A stretch of 64,000 nt of DNA from Octopus vulgaris (taxonomy: Eukaryota), in NCBI GenBank assembly GCA_951406725.2, contig OX597818.1, forward strand, positions 57,102,001 through 57,166,000. The letters run 5' to 3'. The notes below the pieces were generated by a model, which saw only the letters and a program-made list of their open reading frames with translations, had not been told where the DNA came from and searched no databases. A program made the position numbers and the translations under genes. Shown in pieces: positions 63,939 through 64,000 of this stretch (position 1 is its first letter; every line of letters starts with the position of its first letter).

Positions 63939-64000
63939 GGCATATGTCGTAGTGGTTAAGAGCACGGGCTAATAATCCCAAGATCCCCAGTTCGATTTCA

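Overview
This is eukaryotic, AT-rich, repeat-saturated intergenic or intronic DNA. It is most likely from an octopus, inferred from the tRNA-derived SINE families and the extreme (TA)n/(CA)n/(TATC)n load. No intact protein-coding gene is supportable, and almost all listed ORFs are microsatellite or SINE read-throughs. Contents: dozens of copies of three tRNA-derived SINE groups (labelled A, B and C/D here); decayed Tc1/mariner elements and MITEs; a non-autonomous Helitron family; RTE and CR1/L2-type LINE 3' ends; a tandem tRNA-Ala pair (intact AGC plus a degenerate GGC copy); and a modular repeat with a 22-bp minisatellite. The most notable signals are (1) small non-coding inserts inside (TA)n tracts that carry type I hammerhead ribozymes and fold-back ends (Penelope/retrozyme-like), one with a U3-A8 covariant core and an inverted copy spanning its own monomer junction, and (2) SINE-A copies forming precise 184-bp head-to-tail multimers with the same junction at many loci. 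All calls were made by eye, with no database searches.
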